Shown here: positions 48,635-57,200 of the stretch, piece after piece
Numbering within the stretch: position 1 is the stretch's first letter
How the letters are laid out: each line of letters opens with the position of its first letter
Source of the DNA: Flavobacterium sp. UBA4098
GTDB taxonomy: Bacteria > Bacteroidota > Bacteroidia > Flavobacteriales > Flavobacteriaceae
Direction of reading: 5' to 3'
Length of the DNA stretch: 64,000 nucleotides
NCBI GenBank assembly: GCA_002382495.1
Contig: DFXW01000041.1
Span: 158,943 to 222,942, forward strand
Notes under the pieces: generated by a model
What the model saw: only the letters and a program-made list of their open reading frames with translations
The model's database searches: none
What the model was told of the DNA's origin: nothing
Program-made: the position numbers and the translations under genes

Positions 48635-51130
48635 ATGAAACGATTATGTACCTTCTTTCTACTATTTTTGGCATCCTTGAATTTTGCCCAAATTGGGCTG
48701 CCCATTCAATACTCTTTATTGCCCAAAAATAGTTTAGTGGTAAATTATGATTTTTCAAAGGCAGCTAGTTTTACTCGGGGTGCAACAACCGTAACAAATA
48801 TTGCGGGGACCGCTTCAGGAAATGCAACACTTTATAACGCACCTAATTTCATAAATTCATTAGGATTTATTTCTTTCAATGGATCTAATCAATATTTAGC
48901 TACTCCTAATATTAGAACCTATTTTAAAACAGTTAATATTAGTGCACAGAAAAGTTTCACCATGAGTTTTTGGGTGTATCCAATTGCTTCGACGGGTGTA
49001 TTGATAAGTGAATTAGATTCACAAACACCCAGTGGTGGCTGGCACGCATCCAATGTTGAAATTGTCAATGGATATATAAAATACCGCATTTGGAATGGTC
49101 CAATTATTACTTCGTCAACAGCTGTTAATTTAAATCAATGGCATCATATTGCTTTAGTTTATGATGGAACCTCAGTGAAAGGGTATTTAAATGGAGTTTT
49201 ACAAGGCACGCAGGCTGGAGCAAGAGAAATACCGCCTACAAGTCAAAATTATGCCATAGGCGCAGGAGAAACCACTAATATGGACTCTGGAGGATATGGC
49301 ACCTTTCATCTAGCACAATTTAAAATACATAATTTACCATTAAGTGATGCTGATATTTTTCAAGATTACCTAGCCCGAAAGAATGAATTCGAGTATTCCA
49401 TTCATAGTCCGTCTACTAACTCAAATCCTATTTATTGGGGTGTTTCTAGTGTTTGGGTTGGTGAAGGTTTTAATCAATCGCATTATACGCCTTGGCTGAA
49501 TTCAGGATTGGGTTGGGCCGCAGGCGCAAATGATACTAACCAATGGATTACATTAAATTATGATGAGCCAGCATTTATTAAAGGCGTTGTGGTTCAAGGC
49601 AGATTAGGTGGGGGACAATTGGTTACCAAAGCGCATGTTGAAACTAGTTTAACAGGCAGTGGACCATGGAGCAGGATTTTAAATAATGTAACCGTTAACA
49701 CGACAACTAATTCACTAAACGATGTGCGCTTAGATTTTCCTTCTACTACTTTTGCTAAAGCCATTCGATTCATTCCAACGGAATGGAGTGGTCATATAAC
49801 TTTACGATTAGGAATGCTCGTCAAGCCAAATAACTATACTAATGATGGTTTAGTGTTGCGATTAGATCCAGCCAATTCAAGATCTTATTCTGGAACGGGT
49901 ACCACTTGGAATGATGTGAACTCTTCCTCCTATCCATTTACATTAACTAATGGACCTGTATTTAACACGAATGGTTTTTTTGATTTTGATGGTACGAATG
50001 ATTTTGCAGTCCGTACACACACAACGCAGCTGAAACCCACTATTGCAATCTCCTTGGAACAATGGTTGAATGCTGATGATTGGAATGCAGGCACATCTTC
50101 TAGTTATAAAACTTCATTATCTTGTACGCAAGGAGGAGGGTATTCTCACAATATATGGTCTGGCTCATTTAAAAGTTATATTTATGCTGGAGCAGCTTAT
50201 AGAGTACCTACGGCAGATGTTAGCAATTTGGTAGGTTGGCATCATTTTGTTACGACATTTGATGGACGCTATACCCGCTTATATGTGGATGGAGAATTAA
50301 ACACCACTATAGATATAGGAACATCTGGAAACACAATTTCTTATGCTTCTAATGGTATATTTGTTGGTGCAGAAGCAGGAAGCAGCAATACTACACCCGA
50401 AGGGTTTTATTGGGATGGAAAAATAGGGACTACATCGATATACAATCGAGCCTTATCTGGAGCGGAAATCGCTCAAAATTATAATGCGACAAAGACAAGA
50501 TATGAAATAGACAAAGATCTAATAATGGATTTGGCTATTGCACCCACCTCAGGTTCGACCTGGACAGATCAATCAGGTAATGGAAATCATGGTACTTTAG
50601 TAGGCTCTCCTACTTATGTAGCCACTAATGGAGGGGGCTACAGAACGACTACAGGACAATATATTGCCACGAATTATAATCTGCCTTCGGCTTTTACCAT
50701 TTCAATTGTAGCCAGCCTAAACCCTACCAGTTTTTGGGCTACTTTTTGGGGTAATGAAGTGTGGAATACAAATAGTGGTTATTTAGCTTATTTTACTTCA
50801 TCAACTGGATTAAATATTGGTAGCCCAACCAATCTCTCTTCTTTTACAGTATCTGGAATTAACACCATACATATTTGGGATTTTGTGATTAGCGGAAATT
50901 CAATCACTTTATACATGGATGGAATAAGCCTTGGCACCAAGACATTCACATCTCCCCCAAGTTTAGCTACCAATGGGTTGAATTTTGGCGCGCGACATAC
51001 CAACGCTGGCACTGGATTTACCGATATATGTCCGGGGACTTATTATAATATGAAAGTATACAAAAGAGCACTAGTTGCTGATGAGATAACAACTAAATTT
51101 AACCAAATGCGGGGAATATATGGATTGTAG
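48635..51130 (+). CDS. Tip B3: secreted LamG-like x3 plus F5/8 (discoidin) protein
   Basis: WHHIALVYDG..YLNG; WAAGAND.NQWI...VVQGR...IRFIPTEWSGHITLR (F5/8); GLVLRLD..SYSGTGTTWND; WTDQSGNGNHGTL. Confidence 0.8.
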   Translation: MKRLCTFFLLFLASLNFAQIGLPIQYSLLPKNSLVVNYDFSKAASFTRGATTVTNIAGTASGNATLYNAPNFINSLGFISFNGSNQYLATPNIRTYFKTVNISAQKSFTMSFWVYPIASTGVLISELDSQTPSGGWHASNVEIVNGYIKYRIWNGPIITSSTAVNLNQWHHIALVYDGTSVKGYLNGVLQGTQAGAREIPPTSQNYAIGAGETTNMDSGGYGTFHLAQFKIHNLPLSDADIFQDYLARKNEFEYSIHSPSTNSNPIYWGVSSVWVGEGFNQSHYTPWLNSGLGWAAGANDTNQWITLNYDEPAFIKGVVVQGRLGGGQLVTKAHVETSLTGSGPWSRILNNVTVNTTTNSLNDVRLDFPSTTFAKAIRFIPTEWSGHITLRLGMLVKPNNYTNDGLVLRLDPANSRSYSGTGTTWNDVNSSSYPFTLTNGPVFNTNGFFDFDGTNDFAVRTHTTQLKPTIAISLEQWLNADDWNAGTSSSYKTSLSCTQGGGYSHNIWSGSFKSYIYAGAAYRVPTADVSNLVGWHHFVTTFDGRYTRLYVDGELNTTIDIGTSGNTISYASNGIFVGAEAGSSNTTPEGFYWDGKIGTTSIYNRALSGAEIAQNYNATKTRYEIDKDLIMDLAIAPTSGSTWTDQSGNGNHGTLVGSPTYVATNGGGYRTTTGQYIATNYNLPSAFTISIVASLNPTSFWATFWGNEVWNTNSGYLAYFTSSTGLNIGSPTNLSSFTVSGINTIHIWDFVISGNSITLYMDGISLGTKTFTSPPSLATNGLNFGARHTNAGTGFTDICPGTYYNMKVYKRALVADEITTKFNQMRGIYGL

Positions 51131-51189
51131 CGTAATTACGCCCGATTGTTTCCTCAATTTAGGTCATTAAATTATACAAAATTTTATTT

Positions 51190-51792
51190 ATGAGACATCT
51201 TATTGTATTTCTATTTTTGTTTTTAAGCTTTGGAATAGCCGCCCAAACCGGTATTGGTACCACCACACCCAATGCGGCGGCAAAATTAGACATATCGGCT
51301 ACCAATAAAGGGTTCCTACCACCAAGAGTGGCATTAACCGCTGCCAATGTTTTTGCTCCCGTGACAGGCTTGTCAGGGGCTACAGAATTAGCAACTGCTG
51401 CTGGTTTACTAATTTACAATACAGCAACAGCAGGAACAGCACCTAATAATGTGGTACCGGGCTATTACTATTGGAATGGCACAGCTTGGATTCAAATTTC
51501 AGGAGGTTTGGTCATTGAATCCAGATCGGCGGGTTTTACTTTGACTGCAGCAGATAATAATAAATTATTTTTCATCAATTCAGCATCAACAGTAACGGTA
51601 ACGGTTCCTTCTTTACCTATTGGATTTAGTTGCCAATTGATCCAAACCGGAGCTGGGAACATTACTTTTGCAGGATCCGGAACTACGTTAAACTCAGCTA
51701 GTGGTTTAAGTACCCGAACAACCAATAGTGTTATTGGTTTAGTGATGAATACCGCTACAGTAGGTTATGTTTTTGGAGATACTATTTACTAA
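51190..51792 (+). CDS. Carrier A4: secreted QTGIGTTTP protein
   Basis: QTGIGTTTPNAAAKLD, KGFLPPR, GYYYWNG; C-domain FTLTAADNNK...GFSC..IQTGAGNIT...FGD. Confidence 0.8.
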   Translation: MRHLIVFLFLFLSFGIAAQTGIGTTTPNAAAKLDISATNKGFLPPRVALTAANVFAPVTGLSGATELATAAGLLIYNTATAGTAPNNVVPGYYYWNGTAWIQISGGLVIESRSAGFTLTAADNNKLFFINSASTVTVTVPSLPIGFSCQLIQTGAGNITFAGSGTTLNSASGLSTRTTNSVIGLVMNTATVGYVFGDTIY

Positions 51793-54002
51793 TGAGAATT
51801 CTAAGGTACATACTATTCTTTTTTTTGTGCGCAATCGGATTGAATGCGCAATCGGCCTTTCATAATTTAGCCGTAAAAAAACCGCAATTGCCTACTACCT
51901 ATTCGTTTCAATATACAGGTTCCATACAACAATTTGTAGTACCCAATCGAGTTACTTCCATTCAAGTAAATGCCATTGGAGCCAAAGGCGGAACTGGAGG
52001 AAGAGGTCAAGCTGGAGGAGCAGGTGCTAATATTACCACAACTTTAAATGTGACACCAGGACAAATTTTATATGTAGTCGTAGGGGGATTTCCGGGACAA
52101 TCTACAACACCAAAATATGGTTTTGGCGGAAGCGGAGGTTCAGGCACTAATTATGGTGGAGCTGGTGGAGGATTGTCAGGGGTTTTTACCTCATCTTCAC
52201 CGGCCAATGCCAATGCCTTAGTAGTTGCTGGAGGCGGTGGTGGTGGTGCAGGTAATGCCACAGATAGTAATTATTCTGGAGGAAATGCAGGTAACAATGC
52301 AACTGGAACAGCTAGCAATGGAAACGAACCAACAAGCAATTATGTTGTAAATGGAAGGTACCAGTACGGGTATGCCGCTAGTACATCTGCACCAGGTTTA
52401 GCAGGAGAACCTTTTGATTTAAATCCAGGAACGAGCGGGACCAATGGTAATGGAATTAATGGCGGTAATGGTGGAACAGATGCAGGTGCAAGTAGTTGGA
52501 ATGGTGCCGGCGGCGGCGGCGCTGGATGGTATGGCGGCGGCGGCGGTGCCGGCGGCGGTGCTGCTACTGGTGGTGGCGCAGGAGGTGCTACCAAAACAAG
52601 TTCCGGACATCACTCTTTTGGCACTCTGAATACCACTGGAGATGGAAGCGTTACTATTACTACTTTGTCCAATTCAGGACTGGTCTTACATTTAGATGCT
52701 GGTAATTCGGCCAGTTACAGCGGATCAGGAACGACTTGGAATGACCTTTCCGGCAATGGATCGCATGTTACTTTGACTTCGACAACATTTAATTCAGCTA
52801 ATGGAGGTTCTATTGTCTTTAATGGCACCTCAAGTTATGCTAATTTTAATGCGAATATCGGAAATACTAATGTGGTCACAGCCGAAATGTGGGTAAAAAC
52901 CAATTCGTTAACTGATTCAATGTATTTTGGATTTAATCTCTATGACATTTTGATTGTTAATGGTAGTGTTGGTTTTAATACTGCCAACAGTGACCAATAT
53001 GGAATTTCAAGTACTAAAGTAAATTATTTGGGTATACAAGGAACTTGGAAACATCTTGTTTTTGTAATGTATGCCGGTTCTAAAACAAATAATAAAATTT
53101 ATGTAAACGGCGAAAGTCAAACTTTATCACAGATTCTTGGAGCATTTAACCCTGCAAATGCTACATTTAATTCTGGAGCAGGAAGAATTTCTAGCTGGTT
53201 ATTTGGAACAACTTGGTTAGCGAGTATGAATGTATCAAGTTTCAAGCTTTATAATCGAGAATTAACCCAACAAGAAATCACCAATAATTTTAATACAGGT
53301 AAAACGCGGTTTTATGCCGAAAAAGATGGATTGAGTCCAAACACTGCATCTAGTAGTGCTTATCAAATTAAGCAAGATTATCCCAACTCAACAGATGGTT
53401 TTTATTGGATAAGAAATGATAATATCAATGGGGGAGTACCATTTAAAATTTATGCCGACATGACAACACAAGGCGGAGGATGGACGTTGATTTTAAAAAA
53501 CTCGTCTAATTCTGTTTGGACGTATGCCAATGCAATTTCATATAATACTCAAATTCCATTTACCTCCAATGCAGAGGTTATAAGTACTTCCACGGCCAAT
53601 TATTCAATAGTAGGTTGGGCCGATTATATTAAAAAAAGTGAGAGCGGTTTCCAATATATGATTGATGCTAGAACAAGAGGTAGCTATGGGGGTATTTGGA
53701 CTGCTAACGGTAATTATAGTTTTGTAAATACCAATAATACCCAAACCAACGTTACTTTGGATACTAAATTTGGTACTTGGGATTATACACCGGAACAAGG
53801 AATAGCTAAAAGGATGCCTTGGCGCAGCTCAACTGCAGGGGGTGGATGTGGTGTATTAACATTAGATGATGGGACGGTTAATTGGTGGGGAACTATAGTT
53901 TCAACTTGTTCCGGATATTCTCCTGCTCCATGGATATCAGCTTCTGGAGGAGGTAATTCTGCTTCTGCAGATCCAGGAATAATATGGTATTGGGTGAGAT
54001 AA
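51792..54002 (+). CDS. Tip B4: secreted glycine-rich plus LamG-like plus fibrinogen-like protein
   Basis: YTGSIQQFVVP...GAKGG...VAGGGGG...GGGGAGWYGGGGG; GLVLHLDAGNSASYSGSGTTWNDLSGNG; DGFYWI...YADMTTQGGGWTL...YWVR. Confidence 0.8.
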   Translation: MRILRYILFFFLCAIGLNAQSAFHNLAVKKPQLPTTYSFQYTGSIQQFVVPNRVTSIQVNAIGAKGGTGGRGQAGGAGANITTTLNVTPGQILYVVVGGFPGQSTTPKYGFGGSGGSGTNYGGAGGGLSGVFTSSSPANANALVVAGGGGGGAGNATDSNYSGGNAGNNATGTASNGNEPTSNYVVNGRYQYGYAASTSAPGLAGEPFDLNPGTSGTNGNGINGGNGGTDAGASSWNGAGGGGAGWYGGGGGAGGGAATGGGAGGATKTSSGHHSFGTLNTTGDGSVTITTLSNSGLVLHLDAGNSASYSGSGTTWNDLSGNGSHVTLTSTTFNSANGGSIVFNGTSSYANFNANIGNTNVVTAEMWVKTNSLTDSMYFGFNLYDILIVNGSVGFNTANSDQYGISSTKVNYLGIQGTWKHLVFVMYAGSKTNNKIYVNGESQTLSQILGAFNPANATFNSGAGRISSWLFGTTWLASMNVSSFKLYNRELTQQEITNNFNTGKTRFYAEKDGLSPNTASSSAYQIKQDYPNSTDGFYWIRNDNINGGVPFKIYADMTTQGGGWTLILKNSSNSVWTYANAISYNTQIPFTSNAEVISTSTANYSIVGWADYIKKSESGFQYMIDARTRGSYGGIWTANGNYSFVNTNNTQTNVTLDTKFGTWDYTPEQGIAKRMPWRSSTAGGGCGVLTLDDGTVNWWGTIVSTCSGYSPAPWISASGGGNSASADPGIIWYWVR

Positions 54003-54196
54003 TGACGAATTTTTTTCTTGTTCAATAACCATTTGTATTGCTCGTATTATAAATATAACTAGTATGATTGGAGATATAAATCTTTTAAAAACATGTTTAC
54101 TATTTTATATTTTATAGTTCGAAAGCCTGAATATAAAAAGAAACACTATTTTTGATCAACAAAATTTTAAAATGAGCTTGCTCGCTTTTTGAATTC

Positions 54197-56641
54197 ATGA
54201 ACATATCCATCCAAAATAGCATTACACAATTAGGCGCTGAATTTGTTGGTGCTACAAAAGAAGCTACTGTTGACGCGGTAGCCATTGACAGCCGCTCCTT
54301 GCAAAACAGCGCGACTACTTTGTTTTTTGCTTTGGTGGGACCTAATAATGATGCGCATTCGTACATTAAAGATGTCATTGAGAAAGGGGTTCGGTATTTT
54401 GTGGTAACTCATATTCCCAAAGGTTGTGAAGGCAAAGCCAATTTTCTGATTGTCAACAACACCTTAGTTGCCTTGCAACAATTTGCTGCCTATTATCGTT
54501 CTTTATTTGATTTTCCTGTCATAGGAATCACCGGGAGTAATGGCAAAACCATCGTAAAAGAATGGCTTAATTTTGTATTGAGTCCAGAGTATAATATCAT
54601 TCGAAGCCCCAAAAGTTACAATTCGCAAGTGGGCGTTCCCTTATCAGTAATTGGTATTAATGAACAACACAATTTTGGCATTTTTGAAGCTGGAATTTCT
54701 ACTGTTGCCGAAATGGAAAAATTAGAAGCCATCATTCGCCCAACAATAGGTGTGTTGACGAATATTGGTTCGGCTCATGATGAAGGATTTGCCTCTACCG
54801 AAGAAAAAATAAAAGAAAAACTACGTCTTTTTGATCGTTCTCAAATTTTGATTTACGAGAAAAATAACGCAATAGATACCCTGATCCCATCAACTATAGC
54901 TACATTTTCTTGGAGCTGTACTCATACTGATGCCGATGTTTTTGTAACCAAAACAAGAAGTGCTTCCAACACAATTTTAAGTGTTCGTCAAGCGAAGGAA
55001 TCTTTTGAAGTTAGTATTCCATTTCTGGATGAAGCGTCCCTAGAAAATGCGATTTCGTGTTTGCTGGTGTTGTTGTATTTGAATTATGATGTGGTTACTA
55101 TTCAAACCAGAATGGCATTGTTATATCCAGTCGAAATGCGATTGCAACTAAAGAACGGAATTAACAATTGTAGCTTAATTGACGACAGTTATAGTGCCGA
55201 TTTTCAGTCGTTGAAAATCGCCCTAGATTTTTTAGAAAGCCAAAAGCATTCGTCTAAAAAAACAGTAATTCTATCCGATATTTTTCAAAGTGGGTTGCCC
55301 AATTCCGAATTGTATTCCAGAGTAGGACAATTAATTGTGGCCAATAAAATCAGTCGGGTAATTGGCATAGGCGAAACGATTTCTCAGTTCCAAAATCAAT
55401 TTGAAAACTGCATTACGTTCAAAAACACAGCGGAGTTTTTAGCACAACTAGACCAAATGAATTTCGAAAATGAAACGGTATTAATCAAAGGAGCGCGTAG
55501 TTTTCAATTTGAAAAAATTGTAGCGGCTTTGGAAGAGAAAACGCATGAGACTGTTTTAGAAATCAATCTAAATGCCATTAGTCACAACCTGAATTTTTAC
55601 AAATCCAAATTGCAGCCCACCACAAAAATGATGGTGATGGTCAAAGCTTTTGGCTACGGGAATGGGGGTTTTGAAATTGCTAAATTGCTAGAATACCATC
55701 AAGTAGATTATTTGGGAGTTGCCTTCGCCGATGAAGGGATTAGCCTAAAAAATGCTGGAATTCAGTTGCCAATTATGGTGTTGAATCCAGAGTCAACTAG
55801 TTTTTCTGCGATTATTCAGCACGAATTAGAACCCGAAATTTACAGTCTTAAAGGATTGAAAGCCTTTCTTAAAATAGCAGAGCAGCACAATTTGCATCAG
55901 TATCCAATTCATATTAAATTGGATACAGGCATGCACCGATTGGGGTTTGAAGCCGAGAATATTCAAGAGTTAATTCAAACCTTACAAGAGAATCAACGTG
56001 TTGCGGTAAAAAGTGTTTTGTCGCACATGGCCACTAGCGATGCCGAAGAACATAAAGTATTTTCACTTTCTCAGATCCGTTTGTTTGAGGAACTGTCAAG
56101 TCAATTGATGCAAGAGTTACATACTAAACCTATTCGTCATATTTTGAATACTTCGGGCATTAGTAATTTCCCTCAAGGGCAATACGATATGGTGCGTTTG
56201 GGAATTGGATTGTATGGAGTTTCGAATGATAGTGAAGAACAAAAATACTTGGAAAATGTCAGTACGCTAAAGTCGGTTATATCCCAAATCAGAACTATTC
56301 CTGCCGGAGATAGCGTGGGTTACGGTCGCCGATTTGTGGCTGAAAAACCAACCCGAGTGGCGACTATCCCAATTGGCTATGCTGATGGGATTGCCCGTTT
56401 GTGGGGCAATGGCGTGGGTTATGTCACAATACATAATGAAAAAGCAATACTTCTAGGAAGTGTTTGTATGGATATGTTAATGGTGGATGTTACGGAAATT
56501 GAATGTGCCGAAGGGGATGCGGTGATTGTTTTTGGCGAAAGCCCAACGGTGATGGAAATGGCCCAAAAAACACAGACCATTCCGTATGAGATTTTGACGA
56601 GTATATCACAACGCGTAAAACGAGTTTTTTACCGAGAATAA
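54197..56641 (+). CDS. alr: MurF-like domain / alanine racemase fusion
   Basis: GITGSNGKT and PKSYNS (Mur ligase); MVKAFGYG PLP-lysine, HIKLDTGMHRLG and CMDM (Alr). Confidence 0.93.
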   Translation: MNISIQNSITQLGAEFVGATKEATVDAVAIDSRSLQNSATTLFFALVGPNNDAHSYIKDVIEKGVRYFVVTHIPKGCEGKANFLIVNNTLVALQQFAAYYRSLFDFPVIGITGSNGKTIVKEWLNFVLSPEYNIIRSPKSYNSQVGVPLSVIGINEQHNFGIFEAGISTVAEMEKLEAIIRPTIGVLTNIGSAHDEGFASTEEKIKEKLRLFDRSQILIYEKNNAIDTLIPSTIATFSWSCTHTDADVFVTKTRSASNTILSVRQAKESFEVSIPFLDEASLENAISCLLVLLYLNYDVVTIQTRMALLYPVEMRLQLKNGINNCSLIDDSYSADFQSLKIALDFLESQKHSSKKTVILSDIFQSGLPNSELYSRVGQLIVANKISRVIGIGETISQFQNQFENCITFKNTAEFLAQLDQMNFENETVLIKGARSFQFEKIVAALEEKTHETVLEINLNAISHNLNFYKSKLQPTTKMMVMVKAFGYGNGGFEIAKLLEYHQVDYLGVAFADEGISLKNAGIQLPIMVLNPESTSFSAIIQHELEPEIYSLKGLKAFLKIAEQHNLHQYPIHIKLDTGMHRLGFEAENIQELIQTLQENQRVAVKSVLSHMATSDAEEHKVFSLSQIRLFEELSSQLMQELHTKPIRHILNTSGISNFPQGQYDMVRLGIGLYGVSNDSEEQKYLENVSTLKSVISQIRTIPAGDSVGYGRRFVAEKPTRVATIPIGYADGIARLWGNGVGYVTIHNEKAILLGSVCMDMLMVDVTEIECAEGDAVIVFGESPTVMEMAQKTQTIPYEILTSISQRVKRVFYRE

Positions 56642-56653
56642 AAATAAGTAAGT

Positions 56654-57091
56654 ATGGGATTTTTTACAGATTTTAAAGCCTTTTTAATGAAAGGTGAAAT
56701 AGTCAACTTAGCCACGGCGGTGATTGTAGGGGGTGCATTTGGAAAAATAGTAACCTCATTTACCAATGATGTGTTGATGCCACCCATTGGATTACTTTTG
56801 GGAAAAGTGGACTTTAAAAATCTAAAATTAGTGCTCCAAGACGGTGTTCCTGCCGTTGTTGAAAATGGAGTTCAAAAATCAAAAGCGGTGGCCGAAGTTA
56901 CTTTAAATTACGGCGCTTTTATTCAAACCATTTTTGATTTTGTGATCATTGGGTTCTGTATTTTTATCGTTTTGAAAGCCTATGAAAAAGCGCAACAAAA
57001 AATCAAAAAAGAAGACGAACCTAAAGTAACGAGCGGTCCAACACAAGAACAATTGCTTGCTGAAATTCGGGATTTGTTGAAAAATAAATAA
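56654..57091 (+). CDS. mscL: Large-conductance mechanosensitive channel
   Basis: DFKAFLMKG, LATAVIVGGAFGKIV and LLAEIRDLL motifs. Confidence 0.96.
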   Translation: MGFFTDFKAFLMKGEIVNLATAVIVGGAFGKIVTSFTNDVLMPPIGLLLGKVDFKNLKLVLQDGVPAVVENGVQKSKAVAEVTLNYGAFIQTIFDFVIIGFCIFIVLKAYEKAQQKIKKEDEPKVTSGPTQEQLLAEIRDLLKNK

Positions 57092-57200
57092 CAATGTTAT
57101 AAATTTAACAATTTGTTATTTTTTGTGAACGACCTTGTTTTGAGAATAGTATTGGTTACTTTTGCCAAAAAATAGTACAATTCAATAATACAAATATACA

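Noticed and set aside
52496-52705. Arg-rich alternative-frame ORF (MEWCRRRRRW...)
   Set aside because: Out-of-frame reading of the GGC Gly codons of tip B4
34704-54002. Prophage, tailocin or contractile injection system
   Set aside because: No integrase, capsid, terminase, baseplate, sheath, tube, tape-measure or lysis genes, and all proteins carry signal peptides
54117-54127. GTTCGAAAGCC as an attR remnant of the tRNA T-loop (GTTCGAATCCC)
   Set aside because: Only 7 contiguous matching bases and no acceptor-stem sequence; consistent with chance
54197-56641. MurF-Alr fusion as a novelty
   Set aside because: This fusion is the usual form of alanine racemase in Bacteroidota
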